From the NCBI GenBank assembly GCA_964035575.1, contig OZ037833.1, positions 2,666,001 through 2,730,000 on the forward strand: a stretch of 64,000 nucleotides of DNA. The letters run 5' to 3'. This document shows, one piece after another, positions 21,851 to 33,814 of the stretch. A program made the translations under genes and the position numbers. Within the stretch, counting starts at the first letter, position 1, and each line of letters starts with the position of its first letter. The notes beneath the pieces are model-generated. The model saw only the letters and a program-made list of their open reading frames with translations, was not told where the DNA came from and did not search any database. The DNA comes from Rhynchopus sp. YZ270_cl-10 (lineage: Eukaryota).

Positions 21851-23614
21851 ATGGCGCACCATGTGCGCATGCCGACGGTATTGTTTCTTTCCTCTGCAGT
21901 CGTGTTGACGTCCGAGGCAGACAATGTGAACCTCCGCAGAGAAGCTGTGCCCGCACCCACATCGTTTGCGCTTTCTGAATGGGAGGTGCTCGCAGTGCAT
22001 GCCCCGGGGCAGCCCTGTGCACCAGGCACGCACATGCCGGGTAGAGCACTTCTTGATGCAAATCGAGATGCCTTCTGCCACCTCCTCGGCCCCACCACCG
22101 TTGCCCTCGGGGACAATGCCTGGGTGCTTTCAGGTGCCTGCCACACAACCGTGTTGAGCGGCAGTATCGACATGGTGATATGCTCGAAGCCCTCCCCCGA
22201 GGCGTGCAGGTCTGAGGGGGCAGACGGGTGGATTGCATACTCCTGCTCGAACTTCATCGAGGGTGTCGCATATACGGAAAGGGTGATCAACAACGAGGAC
22301 CTGGGTGTTGTGCTGTACGGTGCGGAAGGTGCGTTACAATACTGCAAAGATTGGTGTGTCTCGCAGGTGGGGTGTGTTGGTCTGTTCTACCAAGAACACT
22401 CTTACGGACACGAGACCTGTGGGCTCTACTTCGAGGAAGGAACGTTTGACAAGCCGGCTCTCAACTTCGCTGCGCATAGTGGCCACCGAAGCGGTGTCGT
22501 CCTGCAGCGTGACAGAGCGTCTGTACCCTGCATGACAGCCCCGCCGTTGGACGGGTGGGTGGTGTCGGACTGCAGCTTCATCAAAGGTGTGCGTTTTAAT
22601 CGAACTGTGGTGCATGAAAGCGTTGTCGGTGTGTGTGTGGCGCGCTGCAAGGCGCAGTGCTTCGGAAACAAAGCGTGTGTAGGGTTCTTTCTGCAAAAGT
22701 ACGTAGACCGCTGTGAGTGTGGTTTTTATGCAGAAGCGATGACCTTCGCAGACCCGCATATGGTGGACGGTGTGTCTGGGGTGCTTGTGCAGAAGCTGCC
22801 GCCGCTGCCACATCCGCAGAGCACGTCAGATGTGAAGTGGTGCACAGCGCATGCCGACTGCGCACGATACGGTGACACCGGTGCGATCTGCACCGCGCAT
22901 TTGTGTGTGTGCTCGCCCGGGTTTGCGAACCCTGTGAACGGTGCGTTGCAGGAGACTGTGCACATCTGTGTGGGGGCGGGGCGGCGTGCGGACACACACA
23001 TACGCCTATCGTGGGATGTGCCTTGTGAGCTGATGACGCCTGTGGTGCAGAAGGCTGTGTCTGGTGCGTTAGGGAGCGCAGTGGACGGGACGGTGCAGAG
23101 CATGCAGGTGGTGTGCAACGGGAAGACGCACCTCACTGCGGCTGTTGCGGGTGTCGACGTTGTGCACCTTGCCACAGGGGACGCGGAGGCGGCTGTGGTG
23201 ACGGAGCTGCTCAGGTCTTCCGTTGCTGTTGCGGCGGGCTTCGTGGCGCCGACTGCTGTGGGCAGCTCCGTTGTGGACAACCTGCGCTGCCGTGCGGAAG
23301 GTGCGCGCGAACTGCTGTACCTGGACGGGCAGTGCCTCGCAGTGAACTGCACAGAAGGCTACGTGCTCAGCCACGCTACCTGTACAGTAGACGCATCATC
23401 CCCCGCAGACGCAACAGGCATCGTCCTCGTCTCCGTGTCCGCTGTGCTCCTCATTGTAGCCCTAGTAGCCCTCTTCGTCTGCTGCAGAGAAAAGTACACA
23501 CAACAGCTCCGCAAAAAGACAGCTGCAGAGCTTATGTTACCTGAGTGGAAAGAACAGTCGGGGGACCCCAAAAGGGTCTCCTCGGCATCGTGTGAACAAA
23601 ACCCCGTGGTGTAG
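21851..23614 (+). CDS. Cys-rich type I membrane protein (two PAN/apple-like repeats, EGF-like module)
   Basis: Signal-like N-terminus; repeated C..WC....CVGxF..CGxY; CTAHADC..C....CVCSPGF; TM helix IVLVSVSAVLLIVALVALFVCC. Confidence 0.8.
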   Translation: MAHHVRMPTVLFLSSAVVLTSEADNVNLRREAVPAPTSFALSEWEVLAVHAPGQPCAPGTHMPGRALLDANRDAFCHLLGPTTVALGDNAWVLSGACHTTVLSGSIDMVICSKPSPEACRSEGADGWIAYSCSNFIEGVAYTERVINNEDLGVVLYGAEGALQYCKDWCVSQVGCVGLFYQEHSYGHETCGLYFEEGTFDKPALNFAAHSGHRSGVVLQRDRASVPCMTAPPLDGWVVSDCSFIKGVRFNRTVVHESVVGVCVARCKAQCFGNKACVGFFLQKYVDRCECGFYAEAMTFADPHMVDGVSGVLVQKLPPLPHPQSTSDVKWCTAHADCARYGDTGAICTAHLCVCSPGFANPVNGALQETVHICVGAGRRADTHIRLSWDVPCELMTPVVQKAVSGALGSAVDGTVQSMQVVCNGKTHLTAAVAGVDVVHLATGDAEAAVVTELLRSSVAVAAGFVAPTAVGSSVVDNLRCRAEGARELLYLDGQCLAVNCTEGYVLSHATCTVDASSPADATGIVLVSVSAVLLIVALVALFVCCREKYTQQLRKKTAAELMLPEWKEQSGDPKRVSSASCEQNPVV

Positions 23615-24043
23615 TGACCCTGTTTTACTAACCCACCTTGATAATAATTGGTGCGAACGGCACATTGTGTCCTTTGGTCCGCCGCCAGATGCAAGCTGCA
23701 AGTGAATTTTTGATGTGTTCGTTTTTGTTCAATTCGATTCGCTTGTCAGTGTTTGTGTCTGTTTTTGTTTTGTTTTTTTTATAATATTATACAACATCTT
23801 TTGGTTGTCAGTACTAAAAAGATTGGAGACAAGCGCTTTTTGGGCAAACAAAACGGAAAACAAAAGAATGCTGTGGTATTGTCTGTTTGGTTCACTTTGA
23901 TTCACAAATCACCAACACCAATTGCAGTTTCGCACTTTCCATTTTTTTTGTTACGCCCGGATTTTAGCGCACAAACAAAGACCCGATCTTTTTTATAACG
24001 CTTTTTTTGTTCGGGGGGGTATTTTTTTATTTTTGTTTGTTTT

Positions 24044-24178
24044 TATACCTACAAAGCGTATCTTAAAGGAGAAATAGTACCTCCGATACAGTCGCCAATC
24101 ACCCCTTCCAACAGGGTCATTGAGCAATCAACGAAAGCCTCCCCCCCCCTTTTACCTTATCTATCAGAGTTACTATTT
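24044..24178. mobile_element. ~135-bp dispersed repeat family D (Helentron/HINE-like), copy 1
   Basis: Near-identical to copies at 25433, 30829, 47109 and 50448. Confidence 0.8.
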
Positions 24179-25432
24179 TTTTTTATTCCTCGGGATGAGA
24201 TGTGGGCACACATTTTCATCTTGCAAGTGTTCACTTTCTGTTCTCATCGGGATTAACCTCCTTTTTATTAGAGAGAGTGGCCAGTTGCTTAGGAATTGTT
24301 TACAACAAATTTTATTCAATTGGGAACAGGACACCTGCGTTAATGTGTAACAGATGTGCCGCCCCAGCCAAACTCCCCACCTGACTGGTGTCTCCAAATG
24401 AGGGCTCACTAGCTATTGCTAGTTCGTCGCTGGAATCGGAAAACCTTGAGACCCAGAGGGCCAGACCAATAAATTGGCAGGTGTGGTGCAACACGCTTCC
24501 TTGTCCCTCCTAGTATGTGATTTTGCCTGCATTGTTGGGGCGTCTCTGCCTCTTACAGCAGAGGTTTTTTCTTTTTCTCAACTGCTTTTCTTGTCCTTTT
24601 TGACAATACCTTTTTAATGTACCATGGCATGATGCTTTGAAAAATACCCAGAAATATGTTGGACCAAATTAAATTTGCACTTCTTGGGGGGGTAAAAATT
24701 GTCCCTTTTTCTGGATTTTTTTTTCAAAAATATGGTACTTTTGTTTGCACGTTGCTATTCTTAAACTAAAAAAATAAAAGCGTGCAAGTGTGTGTGTGTT
24801 TGATAACTAGTAGGGGTAATTCTTGCTCAGAATATGGCCCCAAAGTGTGTGTGTGTGTGTGTGAGTGATATCCTGTATGATTTTTTACAACATTTTTTTT
24901 GTGATATCATTTTTTGACAACATTTTGAAGGGTAAGCACTCGAATCAGCTTTTTTTTGTGTCGTTTAATATGAGTTAGTGAACAAGCGCCATTTTGCACA
25001 AACCATCGTTTGCGAGGTCGCTGTTATAGCGAACTGGTGACTCCCCCCGCCACCACCGTGTGTTACCGCAGGAACCTGCTGGCCTGTCTTTTCCCCTTTT
25101 TATAAAGATGTGTGCACAAGAGGCACATTCATCTTTCATTTTTTTTGGCATGTCCAACTTTCTTGCCAGTACCACCTCACTTATTACTCAAAAACCCCCC
25201 ACCTCTCCCCCCTGTGTTATCAACACATAGTGAACCTGCCGGCTCAAAGGCTTTTTTTTTTTTTTGTCTGCAAAATACGTTTTCTTCTTTTTCTTTCTTT
25301 TTTTACGATCAGATGCGCATGTAGGAGTGGGGCTTCGTGCTGCTCTTGCAACTCACAGGATTTTTTTTCTCTCCCCCTGAAAGAGTGTTGTATGTGCGTG
25401 CCCCTAGTGTCATGTGCATCATTTTTAGTTTT

Positions 25433-25566
25433 TATACCTACAAAGCGTAGTTAAAAGGAGAAATAGTTCCTCAGATACGGTCGCCAATCACCCCTTCCAA
25501 CAGGGTGATTGAGTAATCAACGAAAAACACCTTTTTCCTTTTACCTTACCTATCAGAGTTACTATT
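25433..25566. mobile_element. Family D HINE-like repeat, copy 2
   Basis: TATACCTACAAAGCGTAG...CCTATCAGAGTTACTATT. Confidence 0.8.
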
Positions 25567-26509
25567 GCTGAAGATGCGCTCAGGTGGCCTACTCAAGTGT
25601 TTTTATTTATGATATAGGAGAACACAAAAAAGTCTATCAAAATATGGTGTTCCTGCCGCTATTTCAGTGCTTTTTTCTTTGGGTAAAATCACGACCCAAA
25701 ATGCTTTTGCTAAATCTTCATTACTTCACGCATTTCGTAACGCCCTTCTTTTGATGCTATGTTTAATGATACACCTAAACGCTTTTTTTTTCTAGATGAC
25801 TGTTACAGCAAGGCTCGGGTTCATCACACTCAACTGCCTTTATTTCTCCGATCAACAATTCTGTGAGTGTAGATACATCCACGGATGCAAGCTTTGTATC
25901 CTAACAAACTCGCCAAGGCAGAGTTAGAACGGTGCGTGCAGCATCCCAACTGGGTATCTATCTGTTTTTGTTTTTGTTTTGCACTTCCAATTTGTCGTAA
26001 AAGTCGGTGCTTCTGCTGTAATGTTTCTTTTTTAGGAGTGACTAAAGAGGCTTAGGGTCATCTTATAAACTTTTCTTGATGTGTGTGTACGAGAGTCACA
26101 TTCATCTCGCAATATTTTCTTAGCATTGTTGTGGGACAATATAACGGAACGAAAGAAACAAGAATGTACACGGCCAAATGAATTTTTCTCTAAGAAAAAA
26201 AAAAGCTGTCACAACCCCACAGAAGAAACAAACTTCCTCTGTTGCCCACAATATTTCCTACACGAATTCGAGAACAAACCAATAACCCATTTCGGCACCC
26301 TTCTTTGGGGCTTTCTTTAAAGTACTGCCATATTTTCCAGTCCACCCCCCCTTTTTTTTTTGTGTCTAGAACCCTTTTTCTTTTCAGCGTTCAGTCATTA
26401 TTATTTTTTTTGTCAACACTGATGCCACCCCACTCTTTACTCCTCTTCTCTTCTCCTCTCTCTCTCTCTCTCTCCCCCACACACATTCCCTCCAGAACAG
26501 CCCGTCAAA

Positions 26510-27784
26510 ATGGAGGTTCGGAAATCACCGGACAAACGTTTTGTGCGGCGAGGGTTGATTGGGAAGGGCTCCTTTAAGGAGGTATATGAAGCTATTAACA
26601 CGGAGACCGCGATTCTCGTTGCATGGAATGAAATGAACGCGGAGTGCTCTGTCACGGAGGTGCTGATCTTGACACGGCTGAGCCATCCGAATATTGTGCA
26701 TATTCATGATGTATGGGACGACCCGAACCACAATGTGCGGGTCTTCATCTCTGAACTGCTGACCTCGGGGTCGCTTAGACAATTTATGCGGCAGGCGAAC
26801 GGCAGCAACCTTGCTACCCCCATCACCACTCCCGTTGTAAAGCGCTGGGGGGTGCAGATCCTCTCTGGTCTCGGATACCTTCATGAGATGAACGTTTGGC
26901 ACCGTGACCTCAAATGTGACAACATCTTTGTTAACGGAAACAGCGGGGAAGTCAAAATCGGTGATTTCGGACTCTCCTGCGTCACCGCAAAGTCTGCCGC
27001 CGCCTCAGTCATCGGTACACCCGAGTTTATGGCCCCCGAAATATATGATGAAAATTACACAGAAAAGGTGGATATATATTCCTTTGGAATGTGTTTATTA
27101 GAGATGACGACAGGGAAATACCCTTATGCTGAGTGTGATAATTGTGGTCAGGTGTTTAAGAGGGTGACTCAGAATATTCCACCAAAGGCGTTGGAGGAGA
27201 TGGAGGATAAGGATACGCAGAGGGTGATTAATCTTTGCCGTTCCGTGGCGGGAAGCAGACCGTCTGCGAAGGACCTTATTGCAGATCCATTTTTTGCGCA
27301 GGTTGGGCCTGCTCCGGTACTTCCTCCGTCGTCACCTCTTGTTGCAGCGCAGACTATATCACTCCTTTCCGAACAAAAAGAACAATCCAGTGTTGTCAAA
27401 GACATTCTCCAACGCTATCAAAAGACGGACGGTGCGTTAATGCCTATGGCCCCGTCTGGGTTGGTGACGCAAACTATGACGCATGAAGAGAAGGTGAAAG
27501 ATGCGGAAATCGCGTCAAGTACTAGTAGTGGTAAAAAGGAGGACAGCTTACATGGGGAGAAGAGCAGCTCAGAGGAGCTTCAGGATAAGGTGCAGCAGGT
27601 AATGCAGAACTCTCAGCAGATGCATCAGATCAATCAGCAACCCCAGCCACACCATCCAACTAAAACGCAGGAACAAAGAGAAGGAGCGCAAGAGCGTCAG
27701 GGATATACAGACCAGCTCACAACACTCCGTGCGAACCAGGCTGCGATATTACAAAAACTTCATACAACAGTTTGCAAAAATTAG
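26510..27784 (+). CDS. WNK: WNK-family Ser/Thr kinase
   Basis: GKGSFKEVY with Lys in subdomain I; VAWNE lacking the subdomain II Lys; HRDLKCDNIFVNG, VKIGDFG, SVIGTPEFMAPE, YPYAEC. Confidence 0.93.
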   Translation: MEVRKSPDKRFVRRGLIGKGSFKEVYEAINTETAILVAWNEMNAECSVTEVLILTRLSHPNIVHIHDVWDDPNHNVRVFISELLTSGSLRQFMRQANGSNLATPITTPVVKRWGVQILSGLGYLHEMNVWHRDLKCDNIFVNGNSGEVKIGDFGLSCVTAKSAAASVIGTPEFMAPEIYDENYTEKVDIYSFGMCLLEMTTGKYPYAECDNCGQVFKRVTQNIPPKALEEMEDKDTQRVINLCRSVAGSRPSAKDLIADPFFAQVGPAPVLPPSSPLVAAQTISLLSEQKEQSSVVKDILQRYQKTDGALMPMAPSGLVTQTMTHEEKVKDAEIASSTSSGKKEDSLHGEKSSSEELQDKVQQVMQNSQQMHQINQQPQPHHPTKTQEQREGAQERQGYTDQLTTLRANQAAILQKLHTTVCKN

Positions 27785-28758
27785 GGTTAAACAAAAAAAA
27801 AATGGAAAGTGGAGATATATTGCACAACTGTGGTAACACAACCGAGACAATACACTGCACTTCCAATATCAAAAAATAAGGGGTCAAAGGGGAGAGGGTT
27901 TGGCGACACTAACACAAAAGGTCTATCTTTGTATTATTTTTTCAAGATTCCTGCCAAGAGGGGGGTTTGGGTGGGGGGATATTTTTTCCGTTCCAAATGG
28001 GGGAAAAAAGTGGGCTTATCGAAGGGGGAAAGAAACAAAATGCAATGCCCAAACCATTCCTATTCTTTTGAGTCTTAAGAGACGTTTTGTCCAACTCCAC
28101 CCCCTTTTTTAGTCCCCTCAGGTGACTGAGCACGAGAGGCTTAGGATCATCTTATAAACTTTCTTTTTTTTTTTATTATGAGAAAGGGGGTGGAGGGGCT
28201 CTTCGGGGGTGTTTGAATGAAAGTTTTTTGTTTTTGTTTTGTGCTCTTTTTTTTTGTGGTCTTTAAAAAGTGTCTCTTCTTCACTTAGGGGGGAAGGACA
28301 TAACGGTCGCAACCACGGCACCGGCTGTCTATCTTATTACATAGGGCATTTAGGGGGTCTGGCTTCTTCTATGTCAAAAAAGGGGGGGTTTTTTTTTTCC
28401 AATTTTTATTTTAGATTCAGCACTTCTTTGAACAACGATTTGTTCATCTCCACATATGATGACAAAAAAAAAAATGCAGGATGGAAATCATATCGCCAAC
28501 ATTTTTTTTTTAGGGGTCGAACCAAAAAGGGTTAACTAACTGTCTTACACTCAAAGGGAGGAAATATGATATCTATATTTCCTCCCCATTGGCGGGAGGG
28601 GGTATGTGGCTATTCTGTTTTGTCCTTACCCCGGTACATCCGGTCATACCAAGGTACACTGTCAAGAGAGGGCTTTGAGGGCTTTGTATTTCAAGTCAAA
28701 CTTTTTAAAGGAGACTACACACGAGAGAAGCTTAGGGTCATCTTATAAACTTTTCTTT

Positions 28759-28878
28759 CAGATGTAAACCACGAAAATGGATTGTAGGACTGCATGGTTG
28801 GGGGTGTCCACCCCCCCGGTACACCCGGTCATACCAAGGTACACTGTTCACGAGAGGGCTTTGTATTTCAACTCTACT
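28759..28878 (+). mobile_element. ~120-bp dispersed repeat family A (representative copy)
   Basis: Similar copies near 41402, 48008 and 53753; shorter or degenerate copies near 3145, 9005, 20865, 28630, 33166, 52935 and 55655; all in the same orientation. Confidence 0.8.
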
Positions 28879-29898
28879 TTCTGTTTTGTGTCTGCGTCCA
28901 CAGAGGTACGATACTTCAATCTATCTCCCCCTTTTTCCCCCCACGGAGTGTCAGTGCCTGCATCCCAGAGGTGTTTGCACTATCAACTTCACTTTTTTCT
29001 TCAGAGGTCAAAGCTCTCTAAGCTTTGTGTAAACACCCTCTCACCTAGTAGGCTTCCCAGAGTGTCCCTTTTTTGCCTCTTATTCACTAACATGGTAATA
29101 GCAAAAAAAAATCGACATTGAGTACAAATCGTTATACCAGTAGGTATAACGTGATTGTCGATACAACAAAAATGATCCCTGAATGTGCCCCCCTCGGTTC
29201 GAAACACCCCCCTTTCTGCAACAACGTAAGGATTATTTTGTATATTGTCGGCCCTTCCTGAGAGCTCGGTCCCGGGATCCCATCTCTGATCCAAGCGTCC
29301 AAGGTCTCATTCCCCGATGACTAAGGTGCCCGCGTCTCTAGAGAACGTGACATTTATTCTTTTTCTTTTTGCACCCATCTAAACGTAGAATTTGATGTCT
29401 TGCCCAGTCCATAGGGGGCGTTTCTTTGTTTTTTTTTTTTTTTTTTGTTTCGTGAGAAAAATGGGGTAGGGAGGGGGGTGGTGGCGGTGGTGGTGGGCAC
29501 AACAAAAAATTAGGGTCCATTCTTTTCCAGGATTCTTTACACTTTCTTTAAATTGCACGGAGCTGATAAATGGTGACTTCACATTGTATCAATTTTCAAC
29601 AAAAAGAAGGAGAAGAAGTAAAAAACTCTCTCTGCCATTCTTGGGGGGCGAAGTGTGTTGTGTGTATGTATCCTAGCCTTTGGGTGACGTTGCGTTCAGA
29701 GCAACGTGAAATTATTGCCTATTGTGGTCATAGATACTGCAAAACAACGCACACACACACGCCCCAAATATCTTTCCTGTAGTGTTTTTTTTTTGCAGAT
29801 GTAAGCGGAAACGATAGTTTTTTTTTTTTGTTTTTGTTTTTTTAGTAAAATAACCGAGCCACCAGCGACTCCGGTTGCATCTTTTATTTTTGTAAAGG

Positions 29899-30106
29899 GT
29901 ACCGTAAACGTACTATATATGGACCGTAAAAAATGGTCCAACTGCGGGAGTACGGTCCATATATACCGTAATCGTAAGAACTCTAGCACAGGACGTAAAA
30001 TTTTTTGGGACGTAACAAAACTGGGACATTTTGGACTTTTTTTTAAACTTGGGACATTTTTACGTCCCAGAATATTTACGATTACGGTAGTACGTTTACG
30101 GTACTG
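29899..30106. mobile_element. Small MITE, possibly Tc1/mariner-type
   Basis: IR GTACCGTAAACGTACTA (29899-29915) / TAGTACGTTTACGGTAC (30088-30104); right end ...ACTG|TA; left end degenerate. Confidence 0.6.
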
Positions 30107-30828
30107 TATTTGCCCTCCCCTTTTGATCAAGGTGACGTAAACGTTCATCTTACAAACATCCCCCTTACTGCAAATTATCTTCACTGAGAGATAGCTTGCA
30201 AAACACCCCCCCTTTTCCACCTTCCCTTTTTTTCCATGTTCACCACAAGGATTTGGGAATAGGGAGTAGAATATACAATTTGTTCCGTGGTCGAATATTT
30301 TCCATCTTTAGACAACTCTATTTACCCCAGTTTTGATTACCCCTCCTTAGGCACACGAGGCCTGGGTTCATCTTGCCGAACTGTGGTCTGTGTTTTTTTT
30401 CTAACTCCTTTAGGCATTTCTGTGGCAAAATCCCAGCCCTTTTTTAAAAGGTATCCCCTCGCTGTTCTTGTAGCACGCTGTTCCTGCAGACATTAACTTC
30501 TAAAATCTCAGGAAAGTCCTAAATGAAATAGCGCAGATGTGATCACCTGCTTTTTTTTTCTTCTTTTTTTTTTCCACTTTATATGATTAGTCCTGGTGGC
30601 TCATTTGGGCTTAGCTGGGGTTTTTTCATCTCGATTGCATCATGCAATGAGAGGCAGATTCAAAAAATTCTTCCCCTTTTTTTTTGTTTTGTTATTGGGA
30701 ACTGAGCAGAGACTGCCCGAAATATTTTCCCCACCCACACACACACACACACACACAAAAACAACAAGCAAAACAAACCAAAGCAAAGCGAATTGTCGAT
30801 ACACGCAAGCAAACCACTTTTTTTTTCT

Positions 30829-30958
30829 TATACCTACAAAGCGTAGCTTAAAGGGGAAATAGTTCCTCAGATACGCCAATCACCCCTTCCAACAGGGTAA
30901 TTGTGCAATCAACGAAAAAACCTTTTTTCCTTTTACTTACCCTATCAGAGTTACTATT
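30829..30958. mobile_element. Family D HINE-like repeat, copy 3
   Basis: Sequence identity with the other family D copies. Confidence 0.8.
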
Positions 30959-31391
30959 TTTTTTTTTCCGGCCTCAACCCTTTTCCTTTGCATATCTCCC
31001 ACGTCTCTCCTCTCAGTGGGGCAGAATAGTACGTTATTTTGCGATTGACCCGCACCTTCGGATGGGGTGTGACCAAGCACCCGGCTTAGGTTCATCTTCC
31101 CAACCCCCTTTTTTTTTTGTTTCGTCTTCCCTCCTCTTCCCTTACTGTTCACTATGATATGCGAAGCAGAGAGCTGCTTCGGCATCTTATTGCCGGACAT
31201 TGCTTGCCAATTTTTCTTTTTTTCTTTTTTCGTGCAAAAAAAACCCCAGTGAGCACCCTAAGTGCATTTATTGGTGTTTCAGAACAATTTTTTTTATAAA
31301 ATGGGTGGTGGCTAAGCACGAAGCTTAGGTTCATCTTACCCATGCTTTTTTTTTTCTTTGTCTTATTTTCTTTTATCCACCTGAATTAGCT

Positions 31392-32158
31392 GGGTGTTGG
31401 GAGGTGTTGGGAGGCGTTGGGAGGTGTTGGGAGGCGTTGGGAGGCATTGGGAGGTGTTGGCGGGCGTTGGGAGGTGAGACACTTTTTTTCCCACCGGCGT
31501 GAGCCTTTTTCTCGTTGGTGAAGTTTTTAAACACCTGCATTGTCATTTCCGGAATCCGTCCTCGCTGTGGTGGGGTCAATTTGCCGAAATGGACAAGTTC
31601 TGAGTATATACGTGATCACAGTATACACAGTATACACAGTATACACAGTATACACAGTATACACAGTATACACAGTATACACAGTATACACAGTATACAC
31701 AGTATACACAGTATACACAGTATACACAGTATACACAGTATACACAGTATACAGTACACAGTACAGTACAGTTCTCGTTTTTGGTCAATTTCCGCACAGT
31801 ACACAGTACACAGTACACAGTACACAGTACACAGTACACAGTACACAGTACACAGTACACAGTACACAGTACACAGTACACAGTACACAGTACACAGTAG
31901 CAGTACAGCACCAGAGGTCGGGATTTTCCCTTGGAGGGCATCTAAATTAATACATTTTTCGCTTTTTTCCCAAATTTCCACTTTGCCTTTGACACTATTT
32001 CTTTGTTTGACTTTGGAACCGGGACCCCACCCTGGAACCCCCTCCAGAAGGGGGTACAGAACACCCTCAAAAAAAAATTCCCAAAATTCGGGCTAAATTG
32101 GAGGGGTGTTGGGAGGTGTTGGGAGGTGTTGGGAGGGCGTTGGGAGGCGTTGGGAGGG
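31392..32158. repeat. Composite repeat: (GGGAGGTGTT)n arrays flanking (CACAGTATA)n and (CACAGTA)n satellites
   Basis: 10-mer arrays at about 31392-31476 and 32100-32158; 9-mer at 31617-31751; 7-mer at 31795-31899 is the reverse complement of the 7-mer at the window start. Confidence 0.93.
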
Positions 32159-33814
32159 TTTGCCGTTTTTTGCAAATCAGGTGGTTTATTCGAAAATCTG
32201 AATTGGGAGTACCTGCCTTGTGGTCTCATTCAAAAAAAAAGGGTTCCATTTTTCGATATTGCACAACAAAGTGGGTGGTGTGGTGTACTTCATGAAATCG
32301 CTCTGCAGCTCCAGAAACGTGACAGTAGTCTTGGGCATGCAGAGCTGTCATTATGGTCCCCCATCTTTGGAGGCCCTTCTCTGCCAGAAGAAGGAGAGCA
32401 TTGTTGACAGGGGGTGCGCGAGAAAGGGATGGTCTAGTGGTTTGTGCGTTTCTCTGGACACGTTCATTTTCCTCCCTTACGTGAAGTATGAAGGAGAAAA
32501 AAATAAACACTATCTGCAAGATATCAGATTGGCGGGGGTACCATCGGTTACCCCCCCTTTTTTGTCCAAAAGGGAAGGGAGATAACTCCTGTGTCGATGG
32601 AAAAAAATTGCTTAAAGGGGGGAGGGCGAGAAACGGGGCAATAATGGGCGGTGTGTCTCTACAAAATGTTTTGCGTCATTTTCCCCCGCTCTGAAGAAGT
32701 TTAGATAAATAAATTCCATGATGGTGCTTTCGGAAGTCGGTCAACGACCTGTCAACGACCTGTCAATATCAGGGGGGGTGTCTATAAAGTCCATGTGTCA
32801 GCGACCTGTCAATATCGACCACTCCCGGAGCACCATATGAGGTTTCCTCCGTTAAAACATGCAAAGGAGGGAGAAAAATTGGGGGGAAAAAACGTTTTGA
32901 TTTTTTTCTCTCGATAAGGAACTAAATGGAGGGGTTCATCTACGTTCAAAAAAAAAGAACTTTCTAGGCATCCAATTGATATACAAACAAAGCTTGTCTG
33001 AAGGGACTGCCCCAAAACCACGTTTCATCATCGTTTGGCTCTCTGTGTGGTATGGTTTCCAAGAAGATTACCTTTGTTTTACCTTCGAAAAATTGCCCCG
33101 TTTTTTTCCCCAAAAAAGGTGACTAATCACAAGGCTTGGATTGATCTTCCCAACCTTTTTATTCGTACCAAGGTACACTGTCACGAGAGGGCTTTGTATT
33201 TCAAGTCAACTTTATTTTGAAAGCCTGTTGGATTCGTGTAGCTGCCACTACGAAGCAGCTTGCACCGTCTCGGGCTCCCAGCAGGTCCCTCCACACAATG
33301 TAGTGTGCCTGCCTTCGGCACCCATGGGGGTAGCATTCCCAGCACCTTTTTACCCTCAGGTAGACCTTCATAGAGTTTCAGGAGGTGTGCCTCAAAAAAG
33401 GGACCCCCCAGATGCCATGTAACGTCCAGCCCAGGACTTTTCACATTTTTTTTTTAAAACTTTTTTTTTCTCTCTTCCCACCCCTCTTCCCATTCCCTCC
33501 CTCCTCTCTCCTCTCGCTCCTCTGCTCTCGGAGAGGGAGGGGGGATGGGCTCGGGGGACATGGCATTTCCTCTACTATCAGTTACGTATACGTTAGGTCA
33601 GTAATTCTCTCGGTCATTGTTATTTCAAAAAAAAAAAAAAAAAAAGGCATACAAATAAACCACCCCCCCATAGGGACTTGCACGTAGAAGGAAATCCTTT
33701 AGAAATAGTGTGTCACAAACCATTTTTTTTTTTTTTTGAAATTCAGGTAAAAAAAAACCCCACTAAAATAGTCGTATTTGGCCCCAAAAATCGCCTCCCG
33801 GTCACAAAAAAAAA

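Noticed and set aside
28759..28878. Family A (~120 bp) as 5S rRNA or spliced-leader RNA
   Set aside because: No 5S box A/C motifs or euglenozoan SL exon sequence on either strand; copies are truncated and degenerate
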